Shown here in pieces: positions 8,145 to 16,100 of a stretch of DNA of 32,000 bases (positions within the stretch are counted from its first letter, which is position 1; each line of letters starts with the position of its first letter). The DNA comes from Cellvibrio polysaccharolyticus. GTDB lineage: Bacteria; Pseudomonadota; Gammaproteobacteria; Pseudomonadales; Cellvibrionaceae. The notes beneath the pieces are model-generated. The model was not told the DNA's origin. It did no database searches and worked only from the letters and a program-made list of their open reading frames with translations. Position numbers and translations under genes: made by a program. The stretch is taken from NCBI RefSeq assembly GCF_015182315.1, contig NZ_PRDL01000001.1, positions 1,460,580 to 1,492,579 of the forward strand, read 5' to 3'.

Positions 8145-9695
8145 TTGATAGGTAAATTCATTAACAAGCTTATCGGGCAAAAGCAGGAGAGCGTTCAGCC
8201 CGCCGAGCAAAAGCAGCAAAACCGGCAGGAAAACCGTTCCCGCAATAATAGACGCGGGCCAAAACCCCGTCACGAGAAAGCGGAAACCACCAGTCCTGAA
8301 GTCACCGGTGATGCGGCAAAGCCGGCTAATCGTCAGCCTCGGCCTGCCAGCAGTCGTCCGAAAGCAGCGCCAAAACCGGTTACTCCCTGGGATATTTCGA
8401 TGTTTCCTGTCGAGCCGGAAGCCGGAAAAACCCGCTTTCACGATTTTGACCTTGAGCTGCCCTTAATGCAGGGTATTGCCGATCTTGGCTTTCGCTATTG
8501 CTCGCCGATTCAGGCGCAATCCTTGCCGCATGCGTTGAAAGGACGTGATGTGGTGGGTAAAGCACAAACCGGTACGGGCAAAACAGCCGCATTTTTAACG
8601 GCCATCATCGACGATTTGCTGAAAAATCCCATCACCGAGAAGCGTTATGCCGGTGAAGCCCGCGCCCTGATTATTGCGCCGACCCGCGAACTGGTTATTC
8701 AAATCGCGGAAGATGCCAAATTATTGTGCAAACACACCGGATTGGAAATTCATACGCTGGTAGGTGGTATGGATTACGCCAAGCAGCAGCGTCGCTTGCA
8801 TGACAAGTATGTGGATATTCTGGTCGCTACCCCGGGCCGTTTGCTGGATTTCTGCGGCAATAAAGACGTTTATCTGGATCAACTGGAAATTCTGGTTATC
8901 GACGAAGCTGACCGTATGCTGGACATGGGCTTTATCCCCCAGGTTCGCCAGATTGTCCGCCAGGCGCCGCACAGGGAAGAACGTCAAACCCTGTTCTTCT
9001 CGGCCACCTTTACCGATGATGTTCATAACCTGGTATCGCAGTGGACTTACAACCCGATTACCGTTGAAATTCAGCCGGACAGCGTTGCAACCGATACCGT
9101 AGAGCAACATGTTTATCTGGTTTCCACCGAAGAAAAATACACGCTGCTGTATAACCTGATCCAACAGGAGCATGCCGAGAGCATGATCGTGTTTGCCAAC
9201 CGCCGCGATGAGTGCCGCGATTTGCAGGAAAAACTGCAGCGCCATGGTATTGAAGCCGGTTTGTTATCCGGTGAAATTACCCAGAGCAAGCGCGTTTCCA
9301 CCCTGGATGCCTTCAAGCGTGGCGATATGAAAGTGCTGGTGGCTACCGATGTGGCTGGCCGTGGTATTCATATCAGCGGTATCAGCCACGTGGTGAACTT
9401 TACCTTGCCGGAAGAACCGGAAGACTATGTTCACCGTATTGGTCGTACCGGTCGTGCCGGAAAAAGTGGTACCTCGATCAGCTTTGCCTGTGAAGACGAT
9501 GCTTTCCGTCTTGAGCCGTTGGCCAAGTTGCTGGGCAAGCCGATCAAGTACGAACAGCCGCCCGAGCATTTGCTGTTGTCGCCACCGGAATTGCCGCCGG
9601 CGCCGCGCCGTCAAACCTCGCGGGGCTCCGGTGGGCCGAACAACCGGGGCAGAGGTGGCAGCCGCCCCCATTCGCGCCGTACACCGCAACGCTAG
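8145..9695 (+). CDS. rhlB: ATP-dependent DEAD-box RNA helicase RhlB with basic low-complexity N- and C-terminal tails
   Basis: [26 protein letters not shown] and [10 protein letters not shown] motifs. The core is colinear with E. coli RhlB as I remember it (e.g. [13 protein letters not shown]..., [14 protein letters not shown]). TTG start at 8145 follows AGGTAGGA. Confidence 0.85.
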   Translation: MIGKFINKLIGQKQESVQPAEQKQQNRQENRSRNNRRGPKPRHEKAETTSPEVTGDAAKPANRQPRPASSRPKAAPKPVTPWDISMFPVEPEAGKTRFHDFDLELPLMQGIADLGFRYCSPIQAQSLPHALKGRDVVGKAQTGTGKTAAFLTAIIDDLLKNPITEKRYAGEARALIIAPTRELVIQIAEDAKLLCKHTGLEIHTLVGGMDYAKQQRRLHDKYVDILVATPGRLLDFCGNKDVYLDQLEILVIDEADRMLDMGFIPQVRQIVRQAPHREERQTLFFSATFTDDVHNLVSQWTYNPITVEIQPDSVATDTVEQHVYLVSTEEKYTLLYNLIQQEHAESMIVFANRRDECRDLQEKLQRHGIEAGLLSGEITQSKRVSTLDAFKRGDMKVLVATDVAGRGIHISGISHVVNFTLPEEPEDYVHRIGRTGRAGKSGTSISFACEDDAFRLEPLAKLLGKPIKYEQPPEHLLLSPPELPPAPRRQTSRGSGGPNNRGRGGSRPHSRRTPQR

Positions 9696-9700
9696 ACCCG

Positions 9701-9730
9701 AAAAACCGCTGAAATTCAGCGGTTTTTTTT
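9701..9730 (+). terminator. Rho-independent (bidirectional-looking) terminator after rhlB
   Basis: A5 - ccgctga aat tcagcgg - T8. The 7-bp stem is 9706-9722 and the T-run is 9723-9730. Confidence 0.85.
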
Positions 9731-9883
9731 CGCCTGATGGTTGGGCCAGCCGCCTTTTATTGCAACAATTATCCCGCTTGTCCGAAATCCGGCAGGGACC
9801 TTTCGGGCATCATCTATAACTAATGATTTACACGACAATGCTGCTACACTACAGGGATTGGCCCAGTGCTCAGGAGAATGTAT

Positions 9884-11149
9884 ATGCCAGCGAACAAACG
9901 GATTCTGATTGTCGAAGACAGCGAAATGGTCTCGAAAATATTACGTCATTTGATGTTGCATCAACCCGGTTTTGATGCGGTTTTCGCCTATTCTCTCGCT
10001 GAAGCCCGCGCCTTTTGTGAAGCGGCAGAAACGCCTTTCTTCGCCGCACTGGTTGACCTCAATTTGCCCGATGCGCCCCAGGGCGAAATTGTTGATTATG
10101 TATTAGGGCAGAAAATTCCCACCATTGTTCTCACCGGCAGCTACGACGAAAAGCGCCGCGAACAATTGTTCAATAAAGGTATCGTCGATTACGTTACCAA
10201 AGAGGGTCGCTACGCCTACGCCAAGGCGGTGGGCATGCTCGAACGTCTGGTGAAAAACCAGTCGATACGTGTGCTGGTGGTGGATGATTCCGACCTTGCG
10301 CGCAAGCATTTGGCCAATTTGTTGCGCCGCCATTTATTCCCTGTAGAAGAAGCTTCGGATGCAAAAGAAGCGATTGGTATTTTGTTGGCCAACAATGACA
10401 TTCGCCTGTTGGTGACGGATTACAACATGCCCGGTATGGATGGCTTTGAGCTGGTCAGAAATCTGCGCTATCAGTACGAAAAAAATGATTTGATCATGAT
10501 TGGTATTTCCGGAGACAGTAATGAAGCGCTGTCGGCCAAGTTTATCAAGCATGGCGCCAATGATTTTCTGCGCAAACCCTTTCACCCGGAAGAATTCTAT
10601 TGCCGGATTACCCACAACGTTGAATCATTGGAAATGATGGAGCGCATCGCATCAACGGCGCAGCGCGATCATTTAACCGGTCTTTTTCACCGCTACCATT
10701 TCTTCAATGTGGCTCGGGAAAAACACCGCATCGCCCGCGAGCAACAATCGCCGCTCACGGCAGTAGCTTTGGATATTGATAATTTCAGTGAGATTAACCG
10801 CGTGTACGGCAATGATTGCGGTGATGCGTTGTTGCAGTCATTTGCGCAATTACTGGAGCAATTTCTCGGCCGCTTTCTTCTCGCGCGCGCCGATGGTGAT
10901 GCCTTTTATGCGTTATTTCCCGGGGTGGGGCGCGATAAAACGATCGCATTGATCTCCGGTATCAAACAGCGCATGCAGCAGGAACCTTTTATTTTTGATG
11001 ATAAAGCAATCGCCTTTACCTTCAGTGTCGGGGTTACTGACCAACTGTTGCAAGGTGTAGAAGCTCAAATGAGCCGTGCGGTTACTTTGTCCGAGTATGC
11101 GCTCGACGCTGGCGGCGATATGACCGTGGACGACGAATCAGAGAATTGA
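9884..11149 (+). CDS. Response regulator, REC-REC-GGDEF architecture (PleD-like) with degenerate GGDEF motif
   Basis: Two receiver domains (ILIVEDS...VDLNLPD...; VLVVDDS...VTDYNMPGMDG...LRKPF). The C-terminal GGDEF-like domain (DHLTGL..., LDIDNFSEIN) has ADGDAF in place of GGDEF (10892-10906 encode DGDAF). I prefer the second ATG (9884), 6 nt after AGGAGA. Confidence 0.8.
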   Translation: MPANKRILIVEDSEMVSKILRHLMLHQPGFDAVFAYSLAEARAFCEAAETPFFAALVDLNLPDAPQGEIVDYVLGQKIPTIVLTGSYDEKRREQLFNKGIVDYVTKEGRYAYAKAVGMLERLVKNQSIRVLVVDDSDLARKHLANLLRRHLFPVEEASDAKEAIGILLANNDIRLLVTDYNMPGMDGFELVRNLRYQYEKNDLIMIGISGDSNEALSAKFIKHGANDFLRKPFHPEEFYCRITHNVESLEMMERIASTAQRDHLTGLFHRYHFFNVAREKHRIAREQQSPLTAVALDIDNFSEINRVYGNDCGDALLQSFAQLLEQFLGRFLLARADGDAFYALFPGVGRDKTIALISGIKQRMQQEPFIFDDKAIAFTFSVGVTDQLLQGVEAQMSRAVTLSEYALDAGGDMTVDDESEN

Positions 11150-11899
11150 TGGCGTTGTGGCAGCGCCTTTTTGGTGGTGGTCCAGCCAGTAAAGGGTGCT
11201 GGCTGCCACCGCGACCGGCATCATAAAAATATTCAGCACCGGAACAATACTGCCCAAAATAATCAAACCGCCGAGACTGAAACTGCTCAATGGTTTTTGC
11301 CGCAACCTCGCTCGCATATCCTTAAAGGCAACCTGATGGTTGTCTGCACTGTAGTCGGTGTATTGAACGGTCATGCACCAGGCCGACCACAAGCTACTGA
11401 TCAACAAGCCGCCGAAACTGCCGATCAGGGGAATAAAAAATAACGCAATAATCGCAATAAAAATCAACACACCGCGGCTGATAAAATACCAGAGTTTGAC
11501 CAACTCCCGTTTGAAGGTGCGCACGATGAGGCTGGCAAGTGGTTCAGCGGGGGCGCTGTTGCCGGTTACGCGTTGTTCAATTTTTTCTGCCAGAAACCCG
11601 TAAAAGGGTGCTGCTATCAGGGTGGTTAACAGATTAAATGTATAACCGTAGACCAGCAGCGCAATCAATCCTGCGAACAACCAGAACAATAAAATCAACC
11701 AGGCTAACCAGTCGTTTTGCTCAACAGCGCTGCTGTAATAATCACTGAAGGTATTAACCGCCCAGGTGGTAAGCAAAATAAAAACAACCAGGTTGATCAG
11801 TAACGGGATAATGACGAAGCGTTTTAACCCCGGTTGTAGCAAGAGCTTTGCGCCGGAAACAAGGTACTGGAATACTTTCGCTGGATTATCCTGAAACAT
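11138..11899 (-). CDS. cysZ: Sulfate transporter CysZ
   Basis: 253 aa, colinear with E. coli CysZ as I recall it (GxKLLxQPGxxRFVIxPLLxN..., APFxGxLAEKxE, QYxDYxxDNH, NxFxMPVAV). The 3' end overlaps the convergent response-regulator gene by 12 nt. Confidence 0.85.
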   Translation of the reverse strand: MFQDNPAKVFQYLVSGAKLLLQPGLKRFVIIPLLINLVVFILLTTWAVNTFSDYYSSAVEQNDWLAWLILLFWLFAGLIALLVYGYTFNLLTTLIAAPFYGFLAEKIEQRVTGNSAPAEPLASLIVRTFKRELVKLWYFISRGVLIFIAIIALFFIPLIGSFGGLLISSLWSAWCMTVQYTDYSADNHQVAFKDMRARLRQKPLSSFSLGGLIILGSIVPVLNIFMMPVAVAASTLYWLDHHQKGAATTPSIL

Positions 11900-12047
11900 A
11901 CATCCCCGCAGTTGCTTGATAGGTTGATGGCATTCTGCTGAGTATAAGACATTATAAAGAGGGTGAATTTTTTTGTATTCACCGAAGACGGGCGCACTGC
12001 TATTTGAAAGGCGGCGGTGTTAACGCAGGGGATTCAGTAAAGCCGGC

Positions 12048-12070
12048 CTGCTGGCAGTGAGTGCCAGCAG
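12048..12070 (-). terminator. Hairpin 14 nt downstream of the last operon gene (weak terminator candidate)
   Basis: 9-bp stem ctgctggca/tgccagcag with a 5-nt loop. On the minus strand only a short TTT follows, so termination efficiency is unclear. Confidence 0.4.
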
Positions 12071-12083
12071 ACGGATAGAACAA

Positions 12084-13082
12084 TCAATTCACATCAAAAC
12101 GGAAGCGGCCATCAACCACTTGCGGCGCCTGGCGGCGGTCACTGCCTGGCAGTTCAGCAACAAAAATACCGTCAATATAATCAATGCGCTTGTCGGCCAG
12201 TAACTCAATCGTGGTTAATTGAATGCGGCATTGACCACCGTTCGCGGATGAATATTTATCGCTGCCGACAACCTCAAGAGTGATGTGCGTAGTGGCGTTA
12301 CAAGGGTAATCCACATTGGTCTGCAAATTATTGGTGTCAATAACAAGGGTCCAGCTGTCGCCTGACTGGTTGTTGCCGTTAAAAAACAAACCACGTTCAT
12401 CAGCATACACGGAGGTTTCCGTGGGTGTGTGATAAAGCAAAAACAGCTGGTTATTTAACGTTCCGGCAATACCGTTATTGATTAAGGTATTGGGATTTTG
12501 TACCCAGCCTGGCAGCGACGCCCGGCTTGTCAGGTTTACACCGGTGCGGTTCCCGCGTTGAACATATTCGATATCCCGCACACTGCCATCGGCCCGGGTG
12601 AATAAAATAACGGATGCAAGGGGATGCTCTGCGCGCGGTTGTATGATCAGCTTGCCGGGTTCCCGGGTAATGGTGTCAATGCTGTCTGCAATTAGTGACA
12701 ACCCGGTATTCTGTGCAAATTGAATGTCGCCATTCGGTGAAATTATCAGTTGTGACCAGTCAATTGAATCGCCCTGGTATTGCGCTGCGGGCGTGTAAGA
12801 ACCTTGAAGGCAACCAATTTGAGACGCGCCAGTGGTATTTTCACAATCGTTTGCAGATGAACTTGAGGCGCTACTGACAACAGATGAACTGCTGAACAAA
12901 CTACTGCTGGAACTGGAACTGGAACTGGAACTGGAACTGGAACTGGAACTGGAACTGGAACTGGAGGCAGGCGCCGGTATTGATGATTGATTGTTGCTGC
13001 CACCACCGCTACCGCCGCCGCAAGCGGTGAGCAGCAGTGTTGCTAATACCAATGTTGCAGAACCCGAAGAAGAGAAAGACAT
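12084..13082 (-). CDS. Lipoprotein of unknown function with polyserine tether (operon gene 8)
   Basis: Lipobox LLTAC at the N-terminus, GGGSGGGS then about 40 residues that are nearly all Ser. A 250-aa C-terminal domain has 4 Cys and no motif I recognise. The start is 2 nt after the upstream stop. Confidence 0.75.
   Translation of the reverse strand: MSFSSSGSATLVLATLLLTACGGGSGGGSNNQSSIPAPASSSSSSSSSSSSSSSSSSSSSSLFSSSSVVSSASSSSANDCENTTGASQIGCLQGSYTPAAQYQGDSIDWSQLIISPNGDIQFAQNTGLSLIADSIDTITREPGKLIIQPRAEHPLASVILFTRADGSVRDIEYVQRGNRTGVNLTSRASLPGWVQNPNTLINNGIAGTLNNQLFLLYHTPTETSVYADERGLFFNGNNQSGDSWTLVIDTNNLQTNVDYPCNATTHITLEVVGSDKYSSANGGQCRIQLTTIELLADKRIDYIDGIFVAELPGSDRRQAPQVVDGRFRFDVN
12908..12965. 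repeat. Perfect hexanucleotide microsatellite (TGGAAC)x9.7, coding (AGT-TCC = Ser-Ser on the minus strand)
   Basis: Counted directly: 9 perfect TGGAAC units (12908-12961) plus TGGA. It lies inside the polyserine tract of the 12084-13082 gene. Confidence 0.95.
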
Positions 13083-13084
13083 AA

Positions 13085-14347
13085 TCAGTTACCGTTAAGC
13101 GATGAAAGTGATTGAGTAAAAGGCGTCCAGGCAAAGTGAGTGGCTACCGCTTCGTCGTAGGCCTGTTGCAAAAGTAATAAGGTCGTGCTGTCGAGTTTGT
13201 CGGCTTGCGCCAGCACGGATAAAAAAGTGCGCTCGTAATGTTCGCGAGGTTTTACCAGAACCTGAATTTCAATCCGGTCATCGGCGTTTGGCTGTGCCGG
13301 TAATAACCCCTTGATAAATCGCGTTTCACCGGCAGCAATACGGGTATCAAAACTTTCTTCCTGCAGTGATACATCCACTTGCCAGCCGATCACATCTTCC
13401 GACAATTTTTGCCGGTGGCCGGTACGGCTTACCAGCCAGAGTTCGATGTAAACCTTGGGCACCATGTAAGTCGGAAAGTGATGCCCGGCCCCGCTATTGG
13501 TAATTGCAGCCGTCACCTGGTTTTCATCGCGACTTACCTTGAATGAAAGCGCTGTGCGCACCATGTCGGGCGAATGGATGCCTTGCCATTGATGTTTGCG
13601 ATCCGGCATATGGCAAGACTGGCAATGTTGTTGCTGCGACGGATATTGGCTGGCCTGCCATTGTGTCAAAGTGTCTTCGCGCAATTTACCGGCAGTACGC
13701 GGGCCATCTTCCGGAAACTGATGGCAAGTCGCACAAAAACGGCTGTCTTCAAATGCTGCTGAAACGGTAAAGCCGTTGTGGAGCAGGTTGCTGTCGGGCA
13801 ACTCGTTACGCGGTTGCGGGCCAAAGCGTTGATGTTCCCGCACATGGCAAGCGGCGCATACCAGCCCCTCGTGGCCTAATTGCGGCGGTACATAAGCCGG
13901 TGGTGACGAAGCCGGCGCATTGGGCCACTGGTGTTCTATGGCCAGTAAGGCTTTTTGTTCTGCCAGGGGGGCGTGACAGTTTAAACAGCCGTTGGCTTGC
14001 TCCTGTGGCATTAACCGTAATTGCCATAGAATCCCCGGCCCCATGGTCTGGCTGTGCAAACTGTTTTTCCAGTCGGCGTATTGTTCTGTATGGCAAGCAC
14101 CGCACACTTGCGGCGCGAGGGAGGCTTCAATCTCTGAAAAATGTGCTGGCGGGTTTCCTTGCGGTGGTAAAGGATGGTGCCAATGCTTTTGCAAAAACTG
14201 ATCGACCGCATCACCAATGGGTGGCAGTGGTGCCGGGTGGTTAAGCGAAGGTGCCACAGGGGCGGGTGCCGGTTTTTGTACCAGCACTGCACCTGCCGCG
14301 ATAGCGCCAATAATAATTAGCACACTGATGACCAGACCTGTTTTCAA
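13085..14347 (-). CDS. Membrane-anchored pentahaem c-type cytochrome (operon gene 7)
   Basis: Five CxxCH motifs (CGACH, CLNCH, CAACH, CATCH, CQSCH). N-terminal hydrophobic anchor MKTGLVISVLIIIGAIAAGAVLV followed by a Pro-rich segment. The last 150 aa or so are haem-free. TTG start is 2 nt after the TusA-like stop. Confidence 0.85.
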   Translation of the reverse strand: MKTGLVISVLIIIGAIAAGAVLVQKPAPAPVAPSLNHPAPLPPIGDAVDQFLQKHWHHPLPPQGNPPAHFSEIEASLAPQVCGACHTEQYADWKNSLHSQTMGPGILWQLRLMPQEQANGCLNCHAPLAEQKALLAIEHQWPNAPASSPPAYVPPQLGHEGLVCAACHVREHQRFGPQPRNELPDSNLLHNGFTVSAAFEDSRFCATCHQFPEDGPRTAGKLREDTLTQWQASQYPSQQQHCQSCHMPDRKHQWQGIHSPDMVRTALSFKVSRDENQVTAAITNSGAGHHFPTYMVPKVYIELWLVSRTGHRQKLSEDVIGWQVDVSLQEESFDTRIAAGETRFIKGLLPAQPNADDRIEIQVLVKPREHYERTFLSVLAQADKLDSTTLLLLQQAYDEAVATHFAWTPFTQSLSSLNGN

Positions 14348-14349
14348 TA

Positions 14350-14619
14350 TCAGGCCCGGCGTATTTTCCAGGTGAAAGTACCGCCGTCTTCCTGACGATC
14401 CAACAGCGTGTCGCCGTTAGCGGTGCACAGGTAAGTAATCGATTCCCCGGAAGACGGGTTATCAAAAACCAGTGTCAGTTCGTTGCCGCTGGTCAGCTTT
14501 TTCAAGGCTTTTTCTGCATAAATTTGCACATGCGGACAACCGTAACCTTTTACGTCCAGCAACCAGTTGTTATCGGATTGTTGTTCAAATTTGACCGTTT
14601 CTTTCAGTTTAATTGCCAT
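14350..14619 (-). CDS. TusA/YeeD/SirA-family sulfur-carrier protein (operon gene 6)
   Basis: 89 aa. LDVKGYGCPHV (conserved Cys-Pro, Cys28), then LTLVFDNPSS...YLC, matching the TusA fold pattern. Directly downstream of a YeeE-family gene, as in the E. coli yeeE-yeeD pair. Confidence 0.8.
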   Translation of the reverse strand: MAIKLKETVKFEQQSDNNWLLDVKGYGCPHVQIYAEKALKKLTSGNELTLVFDNPSSGESITYLCTANGDTLLDRQEDGGTFTWKIRRA

Positions 14620-14641
14620 AATTGTTTACCACTTTTTAAAC

Positions 14642-16084
14642 TCAAAAATCAAAACCGCTGCGAGCCAGGCGCCAGTCAATCCAGGCTTTGATGCCTTTTA
14701 CCGCAATATAGCCACCCACAATCATGCCTGCCAGGAAAATCCAGCCGCTGATATCACCGTTGGTGACGGTGGCAAAAAAGGCGCCGATATTACAGCCCAT
14801 GCCAATGCGTGAACCTATCCCCATCAGTGCGCCACCCACCAGTGCCAATATTACGGTTTCGTTGTTGGGCCATTTCCATTTAAATTCGCCGGTGATATTG
14901 GCCAGGATAGCGGCGCCCAGAATAATACCGATAGACATCATCCCCGGTGCGTTTAACAACGGATTGGGTAAGCCGTTGTCGAGGCCAAAGAAAATGTTGT
15001 CCATCATTTCAACACCGAGCAATTGTAAAAACCAGCCGCCCCATTGTGCTTCCTGGGTGGTGATGTACCAGTAACCCGGGTCAAAAACGCTGTCCTGAAT
15101 CGAAAGCCCGTCCAGGTAATCCATCTGCGCCAGTAATTCACCGAAGTTGAAAATATTGTAGTGATCGCGCAATTCACCGGTCACAAGCATCTGCAAACCG
15201 GCAAAAATACCCAGCCCCAAACCGGCGATTGCGGTGTTGCGCGATTGGGTAAACATGGACCATACGCCGCGTAATTCATAACCCAAACCGCTTTCATTGG
15301 TGCGGTTACGGATATAAATTTTGCGGTAATTGAAGGTGTACAGCAGCAGCAAAATAACCAGCGCCGGTAAAATCGCCACTACCAGCGCATTACCAAAAAG
15401 ATAGCTCCAGAGATTGGCTGGCAGTGCGAAAAAATCTACCAGCGTAGTGCCGCTTAATTCCCACAAATAACCCGCAGTAAACTGGTCAAACCAGCCATCG
15501 GTTACGCTCAGCTCTTCCGGCATTTGCGCCTGAGCGGCGGTTTCTGTCCAGCTCGCGGGTACCAGATGGTTCAACCAGCCACCGGCGCTGGCAAGCCACG
15601 CCTGCGAAAAAGAAATGGAGAACAACACCAGTACTGACCCCAGATTACCTTCGCCGGTTTTATACAGCGAACTGGAGGCGCAGCCACCTGCAAACACCAT
15701 CCCCAAACCAAACAGCAAACCGCCAATAATGATATGCCAGCCAAGCGGATGCGCATGGAAAGTATTAAAACCGGCTTGCTGAATCAGTGCAGAAATAATG
15801 GCGTAAAGTATTACCGCAATGAGTACGCCTACCGCCATGCGCGGCACACCCACCGCAAACAGATCCCGCACCGCGGACGCCATACAAAAGCGACCGTATT
15901 GTAAAAATACGCCATAGATGACACCAAACCAGGTGTAAACCAGCAAATAAACGAAGCGCTGATCTATCGAAAGATAAATCAGCGAGGTAATCACAACCAG
16001 CGTTGCAATTACCGCAGCAATTAAAAATCCCCGGCGACGGGAGGGGTGTTTGGTCGCCGGGTTAATAGCAGCCTGAGCGGGCAT
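14642..16084 (-). CDS. YeeE/YedE-family sulfur-compound (thiosulfate-type) transporter, enlarged form (operon gene 5)
   Basis: 480-aa polytopic membrane protein carrying the three Cys motifs characteristic of YeeE (GRFCMASA Cys67, AGGCASSS Cys135, GMGCNIGA Cys431). AAAGG SD lies 8 nt upstream. Confidence 0.8.
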   Translation of the reverse strand: MPAQAAINPATKHPSRRRGFLIAAVIATLVVITSLIYLSIDQRFVYLLVYTWFGVIYGVFLQYGRFCMASAVRDLFAVGVPRMAVGVLIAVILYAIISALIQQAGFNTFHAHPLGWHIIIGGLLFGLGMVFAGGCASSSLYKTGEGNLGSVLVLFSISFSQAWLASAGGWLNHLVPASWTETAAQAQMPEELSVTDGWFDQFTAGYLWELSGTTLVDFFALPANLWSYLFGNALVVAILPALVILLLLYTFNYRKIYIRNRTNESGLGYELRGVWSMFTQSRNTAIAGLGLGIFAGLQMLVTGELRDHYNIFNFGELLAQMDYLDGLSIQDSVFDPGYWYITTQEAQWGGWFLQLLGVEMMDNIFFGLDNGLPNPLLNAPGMMSIGIILGAAILANITGEFKWKWPNNETVILALVGGALMGIGSRIGMGCNIGAFFATVTNGDISGWIFLAGMIVGGYIAVKGIKAWIDWRLARSGFDF

Positions 16085-16100
16085 TGGACAAACCTTTCAA

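Noticed and set aside
9733-9745. cctgatggttggg after the rhlB terminator resembles an arm of the long-hairpin repeat family
   Set aside because: There is no complementary partner and no core sequence nearby. A 13-nt similarity could be chance.
12746-13006. An ORF encoding a (PV)n repeat protein
   Set aside because: It is just another reading frame of the TGGAAC microsatellite. The polyserine frame continues into a lipobox-bearing N-terminus and a long C-terminal domain, so that frame is the real one.
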